Part shown: in pieces, positions 1-10,457 of the stretch
Layout of the letters: each line of letters begins with the position of its first letter
Position numbering within the stretch: the stretch's first letter is position 1
From: an uncultured Chloroflexia bacterium
Lineage (GTDB): Bacteria; Chloroflexota; Anaerolineae; B4-G1; SLSP01
Assembly: GCA_963751345.1 (NCBI GenBank)
Contig: CAVVUS010000018.1
Location: forward strand, 289,366 to 353,365
Length of the DNA stretch: 64,000 bases
Reading direction: 5' to 3'
Program-made: the position numbers and the translations under genes
The notes under the pieces: generated by a model
Database searches by the model: none
What the model was told of the DNA's origin: nothing
The model's input: only the letters and a program-made list of their open reading frames with translations

Positions 1-261
1 TTCGCCTACCCGTAGGTTCTGTACGTAGCTTTCGTCGACTTCTGCGAGATCCTGTTCTTGGACGAGGCCATCTCGTTTGCCAGCCACGGTTACCAGGATG
101 TCGTGCTCTCCCATCGAGAGAATCGTGGCTTCATAGACATCGCCCCTCCGGGCACGCTTGGCCCCATATCCGCCTTCGACGAGAAGCTGCCACCACCGCG
201 GGCTCTTCTGTTCTGTCTCTTGCTCAACACCTTGCTCCGCTACCTTCTGTTCAACCGACAT
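1..261 (-). CDS. S1 RNA-binding domain protein / ribosomal protein S1-like, N-terminal part (runs off window edge)
   Basis: Not in the ORF track because it has no stop in the window. Hand translation from ATG 261: MSVEQKVAEQGVEQETEQKSPRWWQLLVEGGYGAKRARRGDVYEATILSMGEHDILVTVAGKRDGLVQEQDLAEVDESYVQNLRVGE. RRGDVYEATIL..ILVTVAGKRDGLV matches the first S1 repeat of RpsA. AGGAGG lies upstream. Confidence 0.75.
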   Translation of the reverse strand, partial: MSVEQKVAEQGVEQETEQKSPRWWQLLVEGGYGAKRARRGDVYEATILSMGEHDILVTVAGKRDGLVQEQDLAEVDESYVQNLRVGE

Positions 262-451
262 CTACTGCAATTGCCTCCTAGTTATGATTTTAGGGATCCA
301 TGCGGGTCCCAGGGGATCTATAGAATCCCTTTTACATGTTACCATATTAGACCCGGGGGAGGGGACGACCTCCGTTGGCAGACGTCCGGGCGACGTTAGG
401 TGAGTTGGATTTCCGTTGGTAGCGAGATCCCCCTCGCCTGCATCAACAGAA

Positions 452-486
452 CAACAGCCCCGATCGGCGCACGATCGGGGCTGTTG
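452..486 (-). terminator. Intrinsic terminator hairpin downstream of the response regulator
   Basis: 15-bp perfect stem CAACAGCCCCGATCG/CGATCGGGGCTGTTG, followed on the - strand by TTCTGTT. Confidence 0.7.
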
Positions 487-514
487 GCCAGAGGTGTGCT
501 GCACCTCTACCTGA

Positions 515-1237
515 CTACTCCCCAAATCGATAGCCCACGCCCCGAACGTTGATAATGTACCTGGGGTGTGACGGATCGGGCTCGATACTCTGCCTGAGCC
601 GGTGTACATACCATTTGATGATATTCCGCGCCTCGTAGAGGTCTTCTGGTCGATAGTCGCGGACTACCTCCACGAGTTCTTGGGGCGGGACGACGCGATG
701 GGCATTCTGCATAAGGTGCACCAACAGATCGAACTCGCTCGGCGTGAGTTCGAGAGGGGTCTCGCCGAGCGCCACCTGGTGCTTCTGAAGTTCGACCTGG
801 AAGGGGCCTCGCTGGAGGCTCGTCTGTTCATCCGCCTGTTCGCGCACGCGCAACAGCCGTTCGTGCTGTTCTTCGAGGGCTTCATTCACCGCATCGCGGA
901 GCTCGCCCGGCGTGAGCGGCTTGAGCAGATAGCGATCAACGCCTTCCCTAATAGCCGACATCGCCGATTCGAGCGAGCCATGGGCGGTCAGAATGATCAC
1001 GATGGCATCAGGCCAACGCCATCGCACGGCCTCCAGCACCTTGAGCCCGTCGATACGTCCGCCGAGTTTGAGGTCGAGCATCACGAGATCGAAGTGTTGG
1101 TCTCGCAGAACTGCCAGGGCTTCCTCGCCGTCGCTGGCAGTACTCACCGTGTGGCCGGCTCGCTGGAGGGTCTCCTTGATGAAGAACCGTATGCCGGCTT
1201 CGTCATCTACGACCAGTGCATTTACCTGTTCCGCCAT
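515..1237 (-). CDS. OmpR/PhoB-family response regulator (REC + winged helix)
   Basis: VVDDE, DLVMLD, LTAHG and KP motifs; C-terminal LTPSEFDLL...INVRGVGYRF. Start moved to MAEQ (GGGAG RBS). No adjacent kinase. Confidence 0.93.
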   Translation of the reverse strand: MAEQVNALVVDDEAGIRFFIKETLQRAGHTVSTASDGEEALAVLRDQHFDLVMLDLKLGGRIDGLKVLEAVRWRWPDAIVIILTAHGSLESAMSAIREGVDRYLLKPLTPGELRDAVNEALEEQHERLLRVREQADEQTSLQRGPFQVELQKHQVALGETPLELTPSEFDLLVHLMQNAHRVVPPQELVEVVRDYRPEDLYEARNIIKWYVHRLRQSIEPDPSHPRYIINVRGVGYRFGE

Positions 1238-1405
1238 CTGGATCTCCCTTTGGGTACCATCACCTAAGTATAGATCGAATGCAAGCTGAGCGCAAAAGCA
1301 AGAAATCACATGGCTTGGCCCCAATTGTCCTGTGCATCGAAACTGACTATAGTATAGTACAATTGTTGAAATACGTGGGTCACTAGACTCACCGGGGGGT
1401 TGAAC

Positions 1406-3289
1406 ATGCCTTTTGGATATCAAGGACAGATCCTGCATGTGGATCTATCCACGGGACAGATGACGACCGAGCGGCCATCGGATGCCTTTTACCGCACCTA
1501 TATGGGTGGAAGCGCGATGGGGGCCTACTATCTTCTGCACCATACGCCGAGTGGGGCCGATCCGCTTGGGCCCGACAACACCCTCAGCCTGATGGTGGGG
1601 GTGATGACCGGAGCGCCGATATCGGGGCAGTCACGGGTGGCCGCCGTCGCGAAATCTCCGGTCAGCGGGCTTGCGGACGAATCCGCTGCCGGTGGTTTTT
1701 GGCCGGCGGAGCTCAAGTTCACCGGGTTCGATGGCATCGTCATTCGGGGCGTTTCACCCTCCCCTGTATATCTGTGGATCCACGACGGACATGCTGAACT
1801 CCGCGACGCTTCGAATCTTATGGGCCAGTTCACGGCAGATGTCGAGGATAAGTTGCGCTTGGAGCTGGATGATGCTCGGATTCAGGTGCTTCAGTGCGGC
1901 CCGGCTGCAGAGAAGGGGGTGCGATATGGCGCCCTGGTAAACAACGCGAATCGCGTCAACGGGCGCGGTGGCATGGGCACGGTGATGGCCGCCAAGAACC
2001 TGAAGGCCGTCGCCGTCCGCGGCCATCGTCGTCCTGAGCTCGCGGATGCCGATGGGCTGCGAACACTGGCAAAATGGGGCGCACAGCACGTGGACGATTC
2101 GGGGGTGGCGGGATTCAAGCGCCTCGGTACCGCAGCCCTGGTCCTGTCCCAGTCCCTGGCAGGAGGGTTGCCTACCCACAACTGGGAAAGCGGCGTTTTC
2201 GAGGGCGCTGAGGCCCTGGGAGGCGAGCGCATGAAGGAGACGATCCTCAAGGACAGCGACACCTGCTACGGATGCGCGGTACGCTGCAAGCGCGTCGTAG
2301 AGATCGATGAAGGGCCGTTCCAGGTAGATCCACGTTACGGCGGCCCGGAGTATGAGTCGATTGCAGCGCTGGGCTCCTACTGTGGCGTGTCGGATCTCGC
2401 AGCCGTGGCGCGGGCCAATCAGCTCTGCAACATGTATGGGATGGATACGATCTCCTGTGGCGGCACCATCGCGTGGGCGATGGATTGCTTTGAGCGTGGG
2501 CTGTTGACCGAGCAAGACACCGGAGGCATCGCGCTCCGCTTTGGCGACGCGGAAGCGATGGTCAAGATGGTGGAGATGATCGGCCAGCGACAGGGATTCG
2601 GTGAGATCCTCGGCGAAGGCTCAGCGGCGGCTGCCGACCGCTTGGGGGTGGGGCAGGAGCTAGTTGTGGCGGTGAAGGGACGTGAGTTGCCGGCCCATAT
2701 GCCTCAGGTCAAGCGCACGATGGCTCTTCTGTATGCCGTGAATCCTGGTGGCGCTGATCACACCGTCTGCGAACACGACACTTCCTATATGCGTTTCCCG
2801 GAGGGAATGGCGGAATTGGGCCTGTTGGATCCGCAGCCTTCGACGGAACTGAACCCGGAGATGGTGCGCTATGCCGTCTATTCCCAGAATATCATCAGTT
2901 GTCTGGACGCGATCTGCCTGTGCAAGTTTGTGTATGGACCTGCCTGGCAGCTCTACAGTCTGGACCAATGGGTCACGGCCCTGCGTGCGATCACAGGATG
3001 GAACGTCAGCCTGTGGGAGATGATGAAGGTCGGCGAGCGTCGCCTCGCTCTGTTGCGGGCATTCAACGCCCGTGAGGGTGTGGGGGCAGAGGCCGATACG
3101 CTGCCGCATAAGCTGACGGTGCCACTCCGGGGCGGGCCTTCTGACGGCATAGCCGTTCCCGAGGGGCAATTCGAGGCCGCGAAAGCGCTTTACTACCAGA
3201 TGGTGGGGTGGGACGTGGACGGGAAGCCCACGCCGGGCAAGCTCTATGAGTTGGGACTGGGGTGGGTGGTCGAGCTGACGGCCGATTGA
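1406..3289 (+). CDS. Tungsten-type aldehyde:ferredoxin oxidoreductase (AOR family)
   Basis: AKSP, GRGGMGTVMAAKNLKA, CYGCAVRC, GPEYE, MDTIS, KGRELPAHMP and CLCKF motifs. Confidence 0.93.
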   Translation: MPFGYQGQILHVDLSTGQMTTERPSDAFYRTYMGGSAMGAYYLLHHTPSGADPLGPDNTLSLMVGVMTGAPISGQSRVAAVAKSPVSGLADESAAGGFWPAELKFTGFDGIVIRGVSPSPVYLWIHDGHAELRDASNLMGQFTADVEDKLRLELDDARIQVLQCGPAAEKGVRYGALVNNANRVNGRGGMGTVMAAKNLKAVAVRGHRRPELADADGLRTLAKWGAQHVDDSGVAGFKRLGTAALVLSQSLAGGLPTHNWESGVFEGAEALGGERMKETILKDSDTCYGCAVRCKRVVEIDEGPFQVDPRYGGPEYESIAALGSYCGVSDLAAVARANQLCNMYGMDTISCGGTIAWAMDCFERGLLTEQDTGGIALRFGDAEAMVKMVEMIGQRQGFGEILGEGSAAAADRLGVGQELVVAVKGRELPAHMPQVKRTMALLYAVNPGGADHTVCEHDTSYMRFPEGMAELGLLDPQPSTELNPEMVRYAVYSQNIISCLDAICLCKFVYGPAWQLYSLDQWVTALRAITGWNVSLWEMMKVGERRLALLRAFNAREGVGAEADTLPHKLTVPLRGGPSDGIAVPEGQFEAAKALYYQMVGWDVDGKPTPGKLYELGLGWVVELTAD

Positions 3290-3366
3290 GAAGGGCTGAG
3301 CCTCGTACACTGCCGCGTCTGCGGTGTCACGTACGAAGCCCAGCGACCCGCTCGTCTTTTGCGGTC

Positions 3367-4266
3367 TTACGACCGCAGCGTGGCCAACACCTCCCGGAGC
3401 TTTTCCCGCTGTTCGGGAGCCATCGGCCCTACCGGTGCGCGTGCGGGTCCCGCGGGTATGCCCAGGATCGTCAGTGCTTCCTTGACCACGACCGGGAAAG
3501 TGCCGAGGGTGAAGGCTTGCCGTAGCGGTGCGAGCTTCTGTTGCGCCGCGAGCGCTTCCGCCAGTTTTCCTTCCTGAAATGCACGGTAGATCGCCACGAC
3601 GAGCTCCGGCGCGGCGTTTGCCGTGGCGGTGATGGACCCCTGGGCGCCGTGCATCAGCCCGGCATAGATGAGGGTGTCGCGTCCGAGGAGGATGGCGAAA
3701 TCATCGCCGGTAGCCTCGATGTAGGCCATCGTCAGGCTCAGGTCGCCGCTGGAGTCCTTGACGCCGATGATGTTCGGGTGCTCGGCAAGCCGTGCGACGA
3801 GATCGACCGACAGGCTGAGCCCGCCGGTTCGTCCAGGATTACTGTAGAGGATCACGGGCACGGTGGTCGCGTCTGCGATCCTCGTGTAGTGGTCGTAGAG
3901 CTCGCCCTGCGTTGGGTTGATGAAGTAGGGTGTGATAACGGACACGGCGTCGACGCCTACGCGCTCGGCCAGGTGGTTGAGCGCGATCACCTCGCGTGTT
4001 GTGACGCCGCCCGTGCCGGCATAGACGGGGACCTGTCCGTCGGTTTCCTCGACAACTACGTCCCAGATACGCTGGCGCTCACCTGGCGTGAGCGCGTAGA
4101 ACTCCCCCTGACTCCCCGTCGGGAAGAGGCCGTGTACGCCGCCGTCGATGAGGAAGCGGGTCAATTGACGCAGCGCGTCCACGTTCAGGCTCTCGTCATC
4201 GTGGAAGGGTGTCGCCATCGCCGGGATGATGCCTCGCGGAAGCACTGTGGCCTGTTGGGTTGTCAT
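3367..4266 (-). CDS. DapA/NanA-family class I aldolase (DHDPS or 2-keto-3-deoxy sugar acid aldolase)
   Basis: GIIPAMATPF, GSQGE (canonical GTTGE), YSNPGRTG, Schiff-base GVKDSSG; start MTTQQ. Confidence 0.88.
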   Translation of the reverse strand: MTTQQATVLPRGIIPAMATPFHDDESLNVDALRQLTRFLIDGGVHGLFPTGSQGEFYALTPGERQRIWDVVVEETDGQVPVYAGTGGVTTREVIALNHLAERVGVDAVSVITPYFINPTQGELYDHYTRIADATTVPVILYSNPGRTGGLSLSVDLVARLAEHPNIIGVKDSSGDLSLTMAYIEATGDDFAILLGRDTLIYAGLMHGAQGSITATANAAPELVVAIYRAFQEGKLAEALAAQQKLAPLRQAFTLGTFPVVVKEALTILGIPAGPARAPVGPMAPEQREKLREVLATLRS

Positions 4267-4392
4267 TGGTGTTTGTCCTTTACTACGTCCGTTGTTTCTT
4301 GTTCCCTCTATTGTACTGTCATGACTGAGGCACGCCATCGTGGCAATGCCTCACATCCGGTGTATGATTCGTGCCAAGGAGACTGTAGACCT

Positions 4393-5157
4393 ATGAAAAA
4401 TGATGTAAAGGCCAAGTTGTCACGGGGTGAACCATCGGTGGGGACGTGGACGATGATCGGCCATCCCGTGGTTGCGGAGATACTGGCGCAAGCCGGATTC
4501 GACTGGGTAGTTCTTGATGTGGAACACGGCGTGATGGATTGGCCGCGTGTCTTGGGCCAGGTGCAGGCGGTTCAGGGACAGGGCTGTGCCGCGATCTGCC
4601 GGATTCCTGTGAACGCACCGGAGCACTTCAAGTGGGCGCTCGACTCGGGTGCCGAGGGCGTGATGGTCCCGATGGTTCGGACGGCTGAGGATGCCCGTCA
4701 GGCCGTCAGCTTTGCGAAGTACCCTCCGGATGGGATCCGCGGCGTCGGCGTGTGTCGTGCCCACGGATATGGTGCGACGTTCCAATCTTATGTGGAGCAT
4801 GCGAACGACGAGACGCTCGTGATCCTGCAGATCGAGCACATCGATGCCGTTAACAACATCGACGAAATCTGTGCGGTTTCGGGGATAGACGCCGTCTTCA
4901 TCGGCCCCTACGATCTCTCCGGTACGATGGGGCTGATGGGACAGGTTCATCATCCGGAAGTCGAGGCCGCGGTGAAGCGTGTCTGTGATGCGGCACGAGT
5001 GGCGGACATCGCGGTAGGATTGCTCATTGCAGAACCACGTCCCGGAGAGCTGGCGCAGCGGATTGCCGAGGGATTCCACTTCATCTCGGTAGGGCTGGAT
5101 ACGCTGCTGCTCGTCCGGGGCGCTCAGGCGTTGCGCGCGCAGTGGCAGAACGTCTGA
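4393..5157 (+). CDS. HpcH/HpaI (GarL-like) class II pyruvate aldolase
   Basis: GFDWVVLDVEHG, LDSGAEGVMVPMV, YPPDGIRG, QIE, FIGPYDLS. True start is MKND; the longer ORF from 3541 is antisense read-through over dapA. Confidence 0.92.
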   Translation: MKNDVKAKLSRGEPSVGTWTMIGHPVVAEILAQAGFDWVVLDVEHGVMDWPRVLGQVQAVQGQGCAAICRIPVNAPEHFKWALDSGAEGVMVPMVRTAEDARQAVSFAKYPPDGIRGVGVCRAHGYGATFQSYVEHANDETLVILQIEHIDAVNNIDEICAVSGIDAVFIGPYDLSGTMGLMGQVHHPEVEAAVKRVCDAARVADIAVGLLIAEPRPGELAQRIAEGFHFISVGLDTLLLVRGAQALRAQWQNV

Positions 5158-5207
5158 CCCCATCCACTCTTGCCTCGATGCTAGAGCCGGGTTAGAGGAG
5201 ATAGCCG

Positions 5208-5654
5208 ATGTGGCTAGTGATACTGGCTTTTGTGGTGTTTGTCGGCATCGTCACGCTGACGGTTTTCTTTCTTAATCGAGGGCTCTCTTCCTATGTTCAG
5301 CATCACATCGCAGGGAGACTCGAGGCCATCGACCAGATCGTCAATGAGGAGCGCGTGCCCGAGGCTTGGTTGCATTCTTATCGCCAGCGTGCACGTAAGT
5401 TAAGAGCCGCCGGCGCGACGGAGCAGCAGCTCGCCGCACTGTCACGTCGCGCGCGCAAGCAGTGCCTCGTCAACATCCGGGAACTCATCCGGTACACCGA
5501 GGACGTCAAGTTCACCGATAATGAAGAGACCAGGCACTTCATGCTGGGGGAGCTGCGCAGGCAGGAGAGCCGTTGGCAGGACAATGCCGTGTGGTCTGGT
5601 TTGGTGGATTTCTCCTCAGAGGCGGAGGCGACGCCTGAAGCCGCCGAGAGCTGA
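5208..5654 (+). CDS. Hypothetical protein with N-terminal membrane anchor
   Basis: AGAGGAG RBS; hydrophobic first 23 residues then a charged helical domain; co-oriented within the operon. Confidence 0.7.
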   Translation: MWLVILAFVVFVGIVTLTVFFLNRGLSSYVQHHIAGRLEAIDQIVNEERVPEAWLHSYRQRARKLRAAGATEQQLAALSRRARKQCLVNIRELIRYTEDVKFTDNEETRHFMLGELRRQESRWQDNAVWSGLVDFSSEAEATPEAAES

Positions 5655-5751
5655 GACCGGGCCACGCGTGGCACAGGGGTCCCCCCATCGGCATGATGCC
5701 GGTGATGGCTCACTCAGACACGACGACAACCTGATATGGAGGACAGAATAG

Positions 5752-6991
5752 GTGAAGGAGATCAGACTCAGCGCTTCTGATGTCACGTCGGCGGCAGCGC
5801 TTCAGCAGGCTATAGATGGTTTGGGTGAGGAGGGTGGGCGTCTTGTCTTGCCCGCGATGGATCTGGAGCTGGATCGCGGCATTGAGCTCCGGTCCAACGT
5901 AGAGTTGGTGGGACAAGGACGTGACACCGTGCTGCGAAAGGCACAGGGACGTGTCTACCCGCTCTCCGGATACCATAACTATGGCATGCTGGATGTGCCT
6001 CTGACGTTCACCGATGGCCTCGCGCCGGGGATGACCGTTGCCATCCGGGACGATCGCCATGGTGGGTTCTTTGAGACTTTCGCCCGGATCACGTGGATCG
6101 ACGGCACGTGGGTCGGCATCGATCGGGGGCTGCACTCAGATTACGACGCAGGGCTCAACCCCGTGTTGGTGACTGCCTTTCCTCTGATCTTCGGCCTGGG
6201 TGTGGAGAATGTGGCGATACGCGGGTTGACCCTCGACGGCAACCGTAGTGCGCAACCCGCCGGGATTGGTGCGTGTCGGGGTGCGGCGGTCTATTTCCTT
6301 CAAAGTCACAGCGTGAAGATCGTCGATGTCGATGAGGCCGACTTTGCCGGCGAAGGTATAGGCTATCAAATGTGCAGCCAGGTACACCTGCGCCATTGCA
6401 GCGTTAGTGGCAATGCGGGTAACGGATTCCATCCCGGCGCAGGCAGTACCGGGTCGAGCTATGAGCACTGCGTCGCCGACGGCAACGGTGCTTCCGGCTT
6501 CTTCTTCTGCGTGCGTGCCAATCACATCTCGGTGCGGAACTGTCGGTTTGAGAATAACGCGGGCCCAGGCATTTCCGTCGGCACACGTGATAGCCATAAC
6601 TTGATTGATGCCTGCACGATACGGTACAACGCGGAGCCGGGTATCCTCTTCCGAGAGACGCGGCGTCCGGCAGAGATGCACGCTTGTCGCGTCAGGTACT
6701 GCGATATCGAGGACAATGCCCGCGCCGGCGGGTTGGGGCAGATTGCCATCCTGGGCGACGCTCACGATCTTGCTTTCGAGCAAAACACCATCGTTGGGGG
6801 GCGAGGAGGGGAACCGCGCCGGCATATGGGTCTCACCGACGGCGACGGACATATGGCTGGCGGGCAACCAAATCGTTGACAGCTTTCCGGACGTGGTCGC
6901 CGATGCAACCTGCTTGGCTCCGGCAGACCCCGTCGTTGAGTGTGGTGTGGACGACGTAGAACTCTCTCACTACCGGCATCTGGGAAGATAA
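5752..6991 (+). CDS. Right-handed parallel beta-helix (pectin lyase-like) protein, interrupted by a +1 frameshift near 6796-6801
   Basis: ALQQAIDGL..GGRLVLP N-terminus; repeated (S/D/E)xNxxxG beta-helix turns. The reading continues GEEGNRAGIWVS...HYRHLGR in the next frame after a G6 run. Confidence 0.8.
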
Positions 6992-7006
6992 GCAGGAGGC
7001 GACGGT

Positions 7007-8066
7007 ATGTCGTTCGAGGATGGATGGGCAGCGATCAACCTTGAGATGCCCGCACGCGTGCCACATACGGAATATTCGGTCACCGAGCACTGGGGCGTAA
7101 TCGAGGCTGTGACCGGGTTGGAGATTCGGCCGGATAGCCCTGCCGAGCTCAAGACACGCGGGGCGTTAGCGCTGATGCGGGCGTGGAACTTCGACTTCCG
7201 ATGGTCGACTTTGATCAGCGAGGGGGAGCTTGCGGCATGCTCGACCGATATGGGCCATGCCGAATACTCAGCCGGCGGCGTGGATAGGCGGGACACGATC
7301 CATTGTCCCTTCGATACCCCTGAGGAGGTGCTTGACTTCGATCCGTGGGAGACTTACGGTCCCCAGGATGAGGTTGAGTTGATTCACAGGTTCGAGCAGA
7401 GCTATCAACAGCAGCGGGCGGAGACGCCCGAGATGGTGACGATGACGGGGATCTATATCACCGTGATCTCCGGCCTTATCGCTATGTTCGGATGGGAGAT
7501 GCTATTGTTGGCGGCTGGGGTGGATCCCAAACGGTTCGGCGAGGTGACAACCCGCTATGCCTCGTGGATTCAGCAGTATTACAATGCCCTGGGCAAAGCC
7601 GATGTGCCCGTCGTGATGGTGCACGATGATATTGTCTGGAGCGCCGGGCCGTTCATCTCACCCAGTTGGTATCGCGAATACGTCTTTCCCAACTACAAGA
7701 AGCTCTTCGCTCCCCTGCACGACTCGGGGAAGAAGATCATGTATACGTCAGACGGCAACTACACCCGTTTTATCGACGACATCGCGGCTTGTGGCGTCCA
7801 CGGCTTTGTGCTGGAGCCCTGGACCGACATGCGGCAGCTCGCCGATGCTCTATGGAGACACCCACGTCTTCATCGGGAATGCGGATACGCGTATCTTGCT
7901 CCGCGGCAAGCGGGAGGAGATCCGGGCCGAGGTGGAGCGTTGTATGGCCATTGGAAAGCCATACCCCGGCTTCTTTCTGGCGGTCGGCAACCACATCCCA
8001 CCCAACACGCCCGTGGAGAGCGTGCTCTATTACAATGAGGTCTACGAGGAGCTCAGCCGGCGGTAA
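7007..8066 (+). CDS. Uroporphyrinogen decarboxylase / MtaA-CmuA methyltransferase-like TIM barrel protein, +1 frameshift near 7845
   Basis: VHDDIVW..GPFISPSWYREYVFPNYKKL, YTSDGNY; C-terminus FIGNADT...FFLAVGNHIPPNTPVE lies in the shifted frame. Confidence 0.82.
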
Positions 8067-8093
8067 GGGCCTACCGAGCCGAGCGGGCTTCCT

Positions 8094-9233
8094 CTACGTT
8101 TTCAGCAGGGCTTCCATCACTTTGCTTGCCTGCTGCGCTGCCTTTGCCCATGAGAAGCGTGATAGGTTGAGGTAGCCGCGCTTCACGAGCTCCGAGCGGA
8201 GCTCCGTGTCCTCCAGAAGGCGACGAAGCCCATCCGCTATCGCCTCGACGTCCTCCGGACTGACCAGCAGTCCCCCTTCGCCCGCGACCTCCGGCAAGCT
8301 GGAGGTGGTGCTCGCCAACAAGGGCGTGCCACAGGCCTGGGCCTCCAGGATGGGGAAACCGAACCCCTCATAGAGCGAGGGATAAGCGAAGAGTTGTGCA
8401 CCCGAGATGAGTGCCGCCTTGTCCTCGATGGCGATATAGCCCGGAAAGCGCACCCTGTCGCGCAGTCCCAGTGCTTCTGCCCGTGCGATGATCGGCTCGG
8501 CGAGCCAGCCGCTTGGCCCCGCGAGGACCAGGGTCAGATCCGCATAGGCAGGAGCGAGGGCGGCGAATGCCTCGATCAGGCGGGCCAGATTCTTGCGTGG
8601 TTGGATTCTGCCGACGAAGAGGATGTATCTGCCCGAGATGCCGTATCGCTCTCTGACACGATCGAGAACGCCTCGATCCCGCACGGGCTGCAGATCGGGC
8701 TGATAGCCGGGGTAGAGCACCGAGATCTTCTCGGGCGGCGTTCCATAGGCTTCGACAATGGCCTCGCGCGTTGCGGATGAATCCGCCAGGACGTGCGACG
8801 CCCGCCGGACATTCCACCGTGTGCTCATCTCCAAGTAGCGCCGCTGCGCTGCGGGATGTGCCTCAGGAAAGAACCGGTAGCCGAGATCGTGGACGGTGAC
8901 GAGCGTGCGCCGGGGTCGCACAAGCGGCAGGACGTGCGCCGGCACAAAGAGCAGGTCCGGTGGATGGCGTACCATCTCCCAGGAGAGCCGCGCGTGCGTC
9001 CACAGACGAGGAAAAGGGATCGTGCGAACGTCAGCCCCGTCCCCCCACCGGTCGAGACTACCGGTTTCAGGTGCCGGCGGTTCGCGAAGATAGAGTCGGA
9101 CCCGATGACGCTCAGAGAGCAGGGGTAGCAGCTCCCGAATCAGGTGATACGAGTAGGCCTCGGTGCCCGTCGGCGCCGCGCTGAAAGCGCGACTCGCGTC
9201 AATCCCGATCACGCTCACGGATATGCGGTGCAC
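8094..9233 (-). CDS. Glycosyltransferase family 4 (GT-B)
   Basis: VTVHDL, FVGRIQPRKN, YPSLYEGFGFPILEAQACG, SSLPEV. Confidence 0.93.
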   Translation of the reverse strand: MHRISVSVIGIDASRAFSAAPTGTEAYSYHLIRELLPLLSERHRVRLYLREPPAPETGSLDRWGDGADVRTIPFPRLWTHARLSWEMVRHPPDLLFVPAHVLPLVRPRRTLVTVHDLGYRFFPEAHPAAQRRYLEMSTRWNVRRASHVLADSSATREAIVEAYGTPPEKISVLYPGYQPDLQPVRDRGVLDRVRERYGISGRYILFVGRIQPRKNLARLIEAFAALAPAYADLTLVLAGPSGWLAEPIIARAEALGLRDRVRFPGYIAIEDKAALISGAQLFAYPSLYEGFGFPILEAQACGTPLLASTTSSLPEVAGEGGLLVSPEDVEAIADGLRRLLEDTELRSELVKRGYLNLSRFSWAKAAQQASKVMEALLKT

Positions 9234-9245
9234 GCCGCGTGAATG

Positions 9246-10439
9246 CTAGGGGATGACGGTCTGGATCAGGGGAATGGGAACCAAGATCAGAATGAAGATG
9301 GCGACCATCACCCAGCCCAGAATCTTGCGCTTCCGATCCAGCGGCGTCACGTCATTGAGGGGCGCCGGATGACGTGGGCCGACCAGGAGGCCGAGCCCTC
9401 CCCAGACCAGCCAGGTAACGCCTGCCTGATTCCCGATGAACAGGAGCAGCAGGCCCCAGGCAAAGGCAAGGCCGACGAAGGCACGCGCCAACGTCCATGC
9501 CTTCCGGCCCCACATCGCATAGGCCACGTGTCCGCCATCGAACTGGCCAATAGGAAAGAGGTTAAGCGCGGTGACCAGGAGCCCTGCCCAGGCCGCAAAC
9601 GCAATGGAACCGCCGCGGCTCGGGGGCGAGAGCCATACATCCTCACCGGTCTGCGGATTGGGAAGCAGGCGCCCGAAGATGGCATACTTCGCCGCGAGGT
9701 AGAGGATCGAGTTGCCCTCTTGCATGACCGGTACAGGCTGGCCCACAGGAAGATCGCTGAACTCACGGGGCGTTCCGGCGTAAGAGAAGGCAAGGCCGAT
9801 GAAAAGCAACGGCACCGCGAGGATCAGTCCGCCCAAGGGCCCGGCTACACCGATATCAAAAAGGGCCTTCCGACTGCGCATCGGCCCACGCTGCACGATG
9901 ACGGCGCCCATCGTTCCGAGAATGCTCAATGGGAGCGGCACAAAGTAGGGTAGGCTAGTAGGAGAGCCGTAGGATCGTCCAACGAAGTAGTGGCTCAACT
10001 CGTGTGCTGTCAGGATGCCCATAATCGTAGCGGCGAAGGCCCAGCCGCGCCAGATCTCGAGCGGATGGGCGAACACGTCGACGTTCTCGCGAAGCGCACC
10101 AAGTAACAAGACGGACAGGATCGTCAAGACAAAGAGGACCACGTTGAGCCAGGCTTTTCCGGTCTTGTGGTCTGCGACGGCGGGCAGCGCCTGAATCACT
10201 TGCAGGCTGTCTTCCTGGGTGAGCAGCGGTGTGTAACCTAGGCGCTCAAATCGGCTGACGATAGTGTCAAAAGCGCGCTCCTCGTCGCCTCCGGCAAAGT
10301 GACCGCCAAAGCGCACCACGGGGCGGACTTTGTTGTCCAGGACGGTGATATCCTCGACGATCACCAAACCGTCGAGGGCTTGCCGCAGTTGGTGAACGAC
10401 GAGCTGTTCTTGGGTGGACTCGCGATCAGTATTTTGCAT
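9246..10439 (-). CDS. Site-2 protease (M50 intramembrane zinc metalloprotease)
   Basis: HELSH zinc motif, DIGVAGP, NLFPIGQFDGGH; multiple TM segments. Confidence 0.92.
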   Translation of the reverse strand: MQNTDRESTQEQLVVHQLRQALDGLVIVEDITVLDNKVRPVVRFGGHFAGGDEERAFDTIVSRFERLGYTPLLTQEDSLQVIQALPAVADHKTGKAWLNVVLFVLTILSVLLLGALRENVDVFAHPLEIWRGWAFAATIMGILTAHELSHYFVGRSYGSPTSLPYFVPLPLSILGTMGAVIVQRGPMRSRKALFDIGVAGPLGGLILAVPLLFIGLAFSYAGTPREFSDLPVGQPVPVMQEGNSILYLAAKYAIFGRLLPNPQTGEDVWLSPPSRGGSIAFAAWAGLLVTALNLFPIGQFDGGHVAYAMWGRKAWTLARAFVGLAFAWGLLLLFIGNQAGVTWLVWGGLGLLVGPRHPAPLNDVTPLDRKRKILGWVMVAIFILILVPIPLIQTVIP

Positions 10440-10457
10440 AGGGCCAGTATAGCACAA

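Noticed and set aside
1347-1358. TATAGTATAG motif shared with 27782-27791 as a regulator site
   Set aside because: More simply explained as overlapping -10 elements in divergent promoter regions; only two instances.
3541-4392. Apparent 284-aa N-terminal extension on the HpcH aldolase
   Set aside because: Overlaps dapA on the opposite strand; the real start at 4393 has an AAGGAG RBS.
6796-7850. Programmed ribosomal frameshifting at the split genes
   Set aside because: No shared slippery motif or stimulator; the genes are unrelated; the pattern fits sequencing indels.
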